Assembly (NCBI GenBank): GCA_039811325.1
Contig: JBDHYH010000004.1
Location: 2,636-66,635, forward strand
Direction: 5' to 3'
From: Chitinophagaceae bacterium
GTDB taxonomy: Bacteria > Bacteroidota > Bacteroidia > Chitinophagales > Chitinophagaceae
DNA: 64,000 nt
Shown here: positions 58,758 to 64,000 of the stretch, piece after piece
How the letters are laid out: every line of letters begins with the position of its first letter
Numbering within the stretch: position 1 is the stretch's first letter
Translations under genes and position numbers: made by a program
The notes under the pieces: generated by a model
What the model saw: the letters and a program-made list of their open reading frames with translations, nothing else
Databases searched by the model: none
Told to the model about the DNA's origin: nothing

Positions 58758-61628
58758 ATGAGGAATCTACTATGCATTTTGTTTTGCTGCTGCTTCTTCA
58801 CTACCAAAGGTCAAAATACCATCGGACTTCCGGAGGTGATTAACTATTCAAAGCAGATATATAATGCGGGGTCGCAAAACTGGGAAATCAGGCAGGGGCC
58901 AAACGGTTTGATCTATTTTGGAAACAATGAAGGGTTACTGAGTTTTGATGGTACCTTCTGGAAGAACTATCCATTACCTAACAAGACCATAGTAAGATCT
59001 ATCGAGATAGCGCCTGATAACAAAATATACGTTGGCGGCCAGAACGAATTTGGATATTTTTTCCCGGGAAAAGGAGGAAATCTTGAGTACCATTCGTTAG
59101 TGAGCCTTATCCCCGAAAAATACAGGGCCTTTGATGATGTGTGGAATGTGTGCTACTACAAAGGCTCTCTTTTTTTTCGTTCTAACGGGATGATCTTTCA
59201 GCTCACCAATGAAAAGATTACGGTGTATCCTACCAAGTCCGAATGGCGATACATTACTATCTGCAATGGAAAGTTGTTTGCCGAAGACCGGGAACATGGC
59301 ACACTTTTATTTCAGGATGGTAATTGGGTCCAGGTTTTCAGAAATTCTTTGCTGCCTTATCACGCGTTGATTTCATCCATCATTTCCCTGGATAATGATC
59401 ATTTACTTATCACGACGATCCGCAATGGTTTTTTTCTGTGTGATAAAGAGATGAACCTGACGTGTATGGCTACTCCGGATATCAGCTACTTATCTGCGTT
59501 CAATATATATAAGGCCATAAAGCTGAATGATGGAAATATTGCCATCGCTACCAGTATGGGGGGATGCTTTATCCTAAGCCCCCATGGAAATATCATCCAG
59601 AAACTGACCCTTGCCGAAGGGCTTCAGAATAACAACCTCCGAAGTATTTTCCAGGACAAGGATAAGAACCTCTGGCTGGGATTAGAGAATGGAATCGACT
59701 TTGTCGCTTATGACAATGCTATCAAGCATATCTATCCGGGAGTGCTCAATATGGGTTCTGGTTACTCTGCTATCACATACAAGAATTATATATACCTGGC
59801 CACTTCGAATGGGCTGTACCGCTTCAGAATGGACGATTCCAGGGATATCAGTTTTGACAAAAATGAAATTGAAAAAGTGCTTCATTCTGAAGGAGAAGCC
59901 TGGAATCTTTCCATTGTAAACGGGCAACTTTTTATGGGACATCATACAGGAGCCTATACGATAGATGGTGACAAAGCGATCTTGTTTGATAATACCATCG
60001 GCTTCTGGACGTTTCAACCTCTTTCCCAGCAAAGCCCTGCTGATACCATGATTGCCGGTAACTACCTGGGGCTCGCATTTTATAAAAGGGAAGGAGACAG
60101 GTTTTTGAATAAAGGAATATTTCTGAAGTTCGAATCTGCCCGCTTTGTGGTTATCGAGAATGATCATACGATCTGGGTAGCACATCCTTACAAAGGCATT
60201 TTCAGAATACACATCAATGCAGATGGGAGTACTACTGTAAAAACGATATTGAAAAACGAAGGGTTGCCTACTTTGAATAACAACTATATATTCAGGATCA
60301 GGAATAAGATCGTGTTAGCCACCCAGGATGGCATGTTTGAGTATGATAAATCCAATGACCGATTTGTGCCTTCGCAGTTTTTAAATGGTAAGATCAAAGC
60401 GAGAAATATTTCTTATCTAAAGGAAGACCCCGATGGTAATATCTGGTTTGTACATGGCAAGCAGGTATCTGTTCTGGATATTTCTGATGATTCCAGCCGC
60501 GTCATTGACTTTCCTGAACTCAATAGCAGAATGGTGAATGGATTCGAAAACATTTATCCGATCGATAAAAACAATATTCTCATTGGGAGCGAGAAAGGGT
60601 TTTATCACGTGGACTTTGAAAAATACAAGCAAACAAAAAAGACGCTCGACATTCAAATACGCGAAGCCGCGACTATATCAGGAAATGACAGTCTCTTATT
60701 TGCAGGATATGGCAAACCCGGGATCATAACATTACCCTACAGACGAAATTCCCTGCGCCTGGAATTCTCAGCTATCTTTTACGGGCAGCAGGCCAATATC
60801 GAATACAGTTATTACCTGAAAGGCTTTGATAATAATTGGTCTGCATGGTCATCCAAGCCTGAGAAAGATTATACCAATTTACCTCCGGGAGATTACGAAT
60901 TCAAAGTTAAGGCAAGAACCAACCTGGGTAATGAGTCCGCGATCAGCAGTTATTCCTTTGTGATAGATCCGCCCTGGTATCTTTCTTTAGCCGCCAAAGT
61001 GATCTATTTCTTACTGGTGGTCATCGGAACTTACCTGCTGGTTCAACTTCAAAAAAGAAAGTTCCTTGCCCAGCAAAAGAAATATGAGGAAAGTCAGAAG
61101 CATCTCACCTACCTGCACCAGTTAGAAAATGATAAAAATGAAAAAGAGATCGTAAAACTGAAGAATGAAAAACTGGAAACTGAGATCGAACATAAAAATT
61201 TTGAACTGGCTACTTCTGCTATGCACCTGCTGCAGAAAAAAGAGATGATGGATAAATTAAGAGATGATCTAAATGGTATGTTGAGGAACATTGACAATGA
61301 AGAAACCGTTAAGAAAGGCAAGAACCTGCTCAAAGCATTAGGTGAAGACAATAAACTTGATGATAGCTGGAATCATTTTGAAATGCACTTTGATAAGGTA
61401 CACACTGACTTCATTGTGAAGATCAAACAAAAATACCCGGCACTTACCGCGGGAGAACTGAAACTCTGTGCCTATGTCAGGCTGAATCTTTCGAGCAAAG
61501 AAATAGCACGCCTGCTCAATATTTCTGTCAGAGGAGTGGAAACCACCCGTTATCGGTTGAGAAAAAAATTGGGCCTGGCAAAGGAAGGTAATCTCTTTGA
61601 GTTTTTATTGCAGGAGCAGTTTGACTAA
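58758..61628 (+). CDS. Membrane-anchored PUL regulator: beta-propeller + Y_Y_Y + TM + LuxR-type HTH
   Basis: QNW..NNEGLL.FDG propeller repeats, YSYYLKGFD..W..YTNLPPGDYEFKV, PPWY TM, LTAGELKLCAYVRLNLSSKEIA...VETTRYRLRKKL. Confidence 0.92.
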   Translation: MRNLLCILFCCCFFTTKGQNTIGLPEVINYSKQIYNAGSQNWEIRQGPNGLIYFGNNEGLLSFDGTFWKNYPLPNKTIVRSIEIAPDNKIYVGGQNEFGYFFPGKGGNLEYHSLVSLIPEKYRAFDDVWNVCYYKGSLFFRSNGMIFQLTNEKITVYPTKSEWRYITICNGKLFAEDREHGTLLFQDGNWVQVFRNSLLPYHALISSIISLDNDHLLITTIRNGFFLCDKEMNLTCMATPDISYLSAFNIYKAIKLNDGNIAIATSMGGCFILSPHGNIIQKLTLAEGLQNNNLRSIFQDKDKNLWLGLENGIDFVAYDNAIKHIYPGVLNMGSGYSAITYKNYIYLATSNGLYRFRMDDSRDISFDKNEIEKVLHSEGEAWNLSIVNGQLFMGHHTGAYTIDGDKAILFDNTIGFWTFQPLSQQSPADTMIAGNYLGLAFYKREGDRFLNKGIFLKFESARFVVIENDHTIWVAHPYKGIFRIHINADGSTTVKTILKNEGLPTLNNNYIFRIRNKIVLATQDGMFEYDKSNDRFVPSQFLNGKIKARNISYLKEDPDGNIWFVHGKQVSVLDISDDSSRVIDFPELNSRMVNGFENIYPIDKNNILIGSEKGFYHVDFEKYKQTKKTLDIQIREAATISGNDSLLFAGYGKPGIITLPYRRNSLRLEFSAIFYGQQANIEYSYYLKGFDNNWSAWSSKPEKDYTNLPPGDYEFKVKARTNLGNESAISSYSFVIDPPWYLSLAAKVIYFLLVVIGTYLLVQLQKRKFLAQQKKYEESQKHLTYLHQLENDKNEKEIVKLKNEKLETEIEHKNFELATSAMHLLQKKEMMDKLRDDLNGMLRNIDNEETVKKGKNLLKALGEDNKLDDSWNHFEMHFDKVHTDFIVKIKQKYPALTAGELKLCAYVRLNLSSKEIARLLNISVRGVETTRYRLRKKLGLAKEGNLFEFLLQEQFD

Positions 61629-61789
61629 AAAGGGGATGTGTGAAAGCGGAAGCGGAGTCTCCGGTGCAATGCCCGGTTGATGTAATTCAAGCACTAATTC
61701 TACAAGATTATAACGCCAATGCAGAAACGAAATATTTGTGCACCGGAGTTCTGATAAGTGCTATTTTGATTTCTAATGAGTTCCCTTCA

Positions 61790-61921
61790 GCTCAGACGCT
61801 TCGGTCTGAGTCAGACAAGCAATCGCTTCGTCTGACAAGCTCAGGAAACGGAAGTGATTTGGCTCAGACGCTGCGGTCTGAGTCCGACAAGCATTTGCTT
61901 CGTCGGACAAGCTCAGGGAAC
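61790..61921. repeat. Two 60-bp double-hairpin units (72-bp period), REP-like
   Basis: GCTCAGACGCT[T/G]CGGTCTGAGTC[A/C]GACAAGCA.T.GCTTCGTC[T/G]GACAAGCTCAGG[A/G]AAC at 61790 and 61862. Confidence 0.9.
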
Positions 61922-62809
61922 AACAATTGTTTCGCCTTCCTTCCGTTGCCACCTTCTTACCCTCAGCATTTGCAGAGAAACTGCAATGATGATGAGTGCA
62001 AAACCCATGTAAAATCCCACACCGAGGAATTGATTTTCTTTGAAGATGATGAATGCCATGATCACCGAATACACCGGTTCGAAATTAAATGAGAGATTGA
62101 CTGTGAAAGCAGACAACTTTTGAAGTGCCTGGAGACTCAGGTTGAAGGCAAACACCGTACAAATACCTGCAAGTACCAGTAACCATAGAAAATCAGGTAG
62201 GGTAGGAATGAAATGGGGCGCAGGGAAAAAATGGAGATAAACCGGAAGAAGTATGAACAAGGCGATAACACCTCCCGACATTTCATAAAAATTCAAAAGT
62301 GAAGGCTTATAAATATCGACCAGCTTTTTATTAAGTATTGGAAATATAGATGCAAGCATGGCAGAGATCATTCCGAAAATGATTCCTTTCTTAAACTCCG
62401 GATAGAAATTAAAGATGAGATAGACGCCGCATATTGCCAGGAGGCCGAGCGCTACCTCTCCGAGATCAATGCGTCTCTTATTGATAATAGGATCAAAGAG
62501 TGAAGTGAAAAAGCCAATGGATGAAAGGCAAGTAACAGATACGGATACATTACTGTATTTGATACTGCCGTAAAAGGTAACCCAATGCAGGCTGATAATG
62601 GCTCCGATACCTAACAATTGCCAAAGGCTTCGCCGGGCCGGAATGTAAAATCGTTGGGTCAATATTAAAATAACAAGAAGAATCAATGCGCTGAAGGCCA
62701 TTCTGTAGAGCACGAGCCATCCCTCGTGGAGTTCTATTAATTTACCCAATATGCCGGTGAATCCGGCCAGGATAATAGCAGCATGTAATTGTAAGAATGC
62801 CTTTTTCAT
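61913..62809 (-). CDS. EamA/DMT family transporter
   Basis: About 10 TM segments; AGFTGILGKLI, HWVTFYGSIK, SAFTVNL..NFEPVY; start MKKAFLQ at 62809. Confidence 0.92.
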   Translation of the reverse strand: MKKAFLQLHAAIILAGFTGILGKLIELHEGWLVLYRMAFSALILLVILILTQRFYIPARRSLWQLLGIGAIISLHWVTFYGSIKYSNVSVSVTCLSSIGFFTSLFDPIINKRRIDLGEVALGLLAICGVYLIFNFYPEFKKGIIFGMISAMLASIFPILNKKLVDIYKPSLLNFYEMSGGVIALFILLPVYLHFFPAPHFIPTLPDFLWLLVLAGICTVFAFNLSLQALQKLSAFTVNLSFNFEPVYSVIMAFIIFKENQFLGVGFYMGFALIIIAVSLQMLRVRRWQRKEGETIVVP

Positions 62810-63123
62810 AAAGGGTGCAAAAGTACAACGAGAATGGGATTTGTCTTGCAATTGTGAAGCAATAGTACTGACAAACATACGTGTGAACAACTTGTCAAAA
62901 AGGGTGATGCCTGAAGATATGGTTTGGAAATTACCTTCAGAAAATGGGATATTCTCAATGAAAGACGGATTGGTTATTTTTCAAGGGCAAGTTTCCGGGA
63001 GAGATAAGTCTCATTAAATACAAACCTTACTAAGGAGAAGGTAAACCCAAATGTTGCAGGCTATGGAGAGGCCAGGTTTCCATAAATGGAGAACTTACTG
63101 TAAATTTGAGTTAAACAATTAGT

Positions 63124-63354
63124 ATGACAAGAGAAGCAACCATAAAAAGTACCATTCTCTCGATTGAAAAATTGCCTGATGACAAACTTCAGGAAGTATC
63201 TAATTTCATTTCCTTTATACTTAAACAATGTGAAGAGCAACAACTAAATCAGGGTATTCAAAGACTAACAGAAGAAAGTAAAACATTTGAGTTCTTGAAG
63301 GAAGAAGAAGACCTTTATTCTATTGAAGATTTGAAAGAGGTTTACAATGCCTAA
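63124..63354 (+). CDS. Putative antitoxin (DUF2281-like)
   Basis: IEKLPDDKLQEVSNFISFI, acidic FEFLKEEEDLYS tail; overlaps toxin start. Confidence 0.72.
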   Translation: MTREATIKSTILSIEKLPDDKLQEVSNFISFILKQCEEQQLNQGIQRLTEESKTFEFLKEEEDLYSIEDLKEVYNA

Positions 63355-63670
63355 AGGTGATATTGTTCTGATTTCATTCCCATTTACTGATTTCTCAGGA
63401 AGTAAGTTGAGGCCCGCTGTCCTTTTGGCTGAAACGGGGGATGATGTAACGGTCTGCTTTATTACTACCCAGATAAAATGGCAAGAGCAGACAGATTTAG
63501 AACTCGTTGCCAGTTCAAACAATGGACTTAAAAAAGACTCTTTGATAAGAGTGAGAAAGATTGCTACGATTGACAAGAGATTATCAAAAGGGCTTTTGGG
63601 AAGTCTGAGTCAATCAGAATTAGCAGAACTTAATAAGAGGCTTAAAATAATTTTTGAGCTTAACGGGTAA
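63347..63670 (+). CDS. Type II toxin, PemK/MazF family
   Basis: KGDIVLISFPFTD..K.RPAVLL...ITT...GLKKDSLIR..KIATID...GSL. Confidence 0.93.
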   Translation: MPKGDIVLISFPFTDFSGSKLRPAVLLAETGDDVTVCFITTQIKWQEQTDLELVASSNNGLKKDSLIRVRKIATIDKRLSKGLLGSLSQSELAELNKRLKIIFELNG

Positions 63671-63779
63671 CATAGCCAGTTACAATCGGCTTTCCGATAA
63701 CTGCATGAAAAGTTTTTTCAAAAGTGGCACCACGATTAAAGTGCAGGCTTCAGGGAAATTGAGTTAAACAGTCCCGAAA

Positions 63780-63925
63780 ATCCGACCAGAGGAATCATTT
63801 CACTCAACGCGCCATACTGTATAGTACAAGCCACATCCTTCCTGGAGTTCTATTAATTTTCCCAATATGCCGGTGAATCCGGCCAGGATAATAGCAGCAT
63901 GTAATTGTAAGAATGCTTTTTTCAT
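63780..63925 (-). pseudogene. Frameshifted 5' fragment of the EamA/DMT gene (second copy)
   Basis: 63843-63925 matches 62727-62809 at 81/83 nt; then two 2-nt insertions, with homology fading near 63780. Confidence 0.85.
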
Positions 63926-64000
63926 CAGGAGCGCAAAATTACAATTGCGGTGTGATTAAATGAATAATTCGAAATAGGTGAAGCAAGGCAACTCCTGAAT

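Noticed and set aside
61640-62092. 150-aa plus-strand ORF with an internal repeat
   Set aside because: Translation of the DNA hairpin repeats, and it overlaps the DMT gene antisense.
63089-63116. dif/pdif-like Xer site at the TA promoter
   Set aside because: TTGAGTTAAAC only partly resembles an XerD arm and there is no plausible XerC arm at 6-bp spacing.

Overview
Chromosomal segment of a Bacteroidota bacterium, probably Chitinophagaceae-like. This rests on TAnnTTTG promoters, A-rich translation starts, SusC/SusD pairs and a sigma70 lacking region 1.1. From left to right it holds: a sulfatase/GH29/GH20-like cluster with palindromic intergenic repeats; pirin, xerD and YkgJ; a cell-envelope cluster (L,D-transpeptidase, RlpA, OmpA, serine hydrolase); a sigma54-type two-component system divergent from a MacAB/FtsX-type transporter operon; housekeeping genes (ABC exporter, PUR/DUF3276, pgi, ltaE, rpoD-like, SDR) and tRNA-Lys(TTT); two convergent polysaccharide utilisation loci separated by a ParE-type TA pair; and an EamA/DMT gene whose 5' end is duplicated around a MazF-type TA pair. 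PUL 1 is AraC-SusC-SusD-arylsulfotransferase-GH130-MFS-GH89. PUL 2 is a beta-glucan locus with GH30 x2 and GH16. The best candidate for an undescribed system is 13.2-21.4 kb. There, two paralogous ~60-aa microproteins and the transporter operon each follow a copy of the same sigma54-like promoter layout (paired 17-bp boxes, then TGGCA 53 bp later). A 50-aa signal-peptide-bearing Cys-Cys peptide, absent from the ORF track, also lies inside the transporter operon. All assignments come from motif recognition by eye; no database searches were run.
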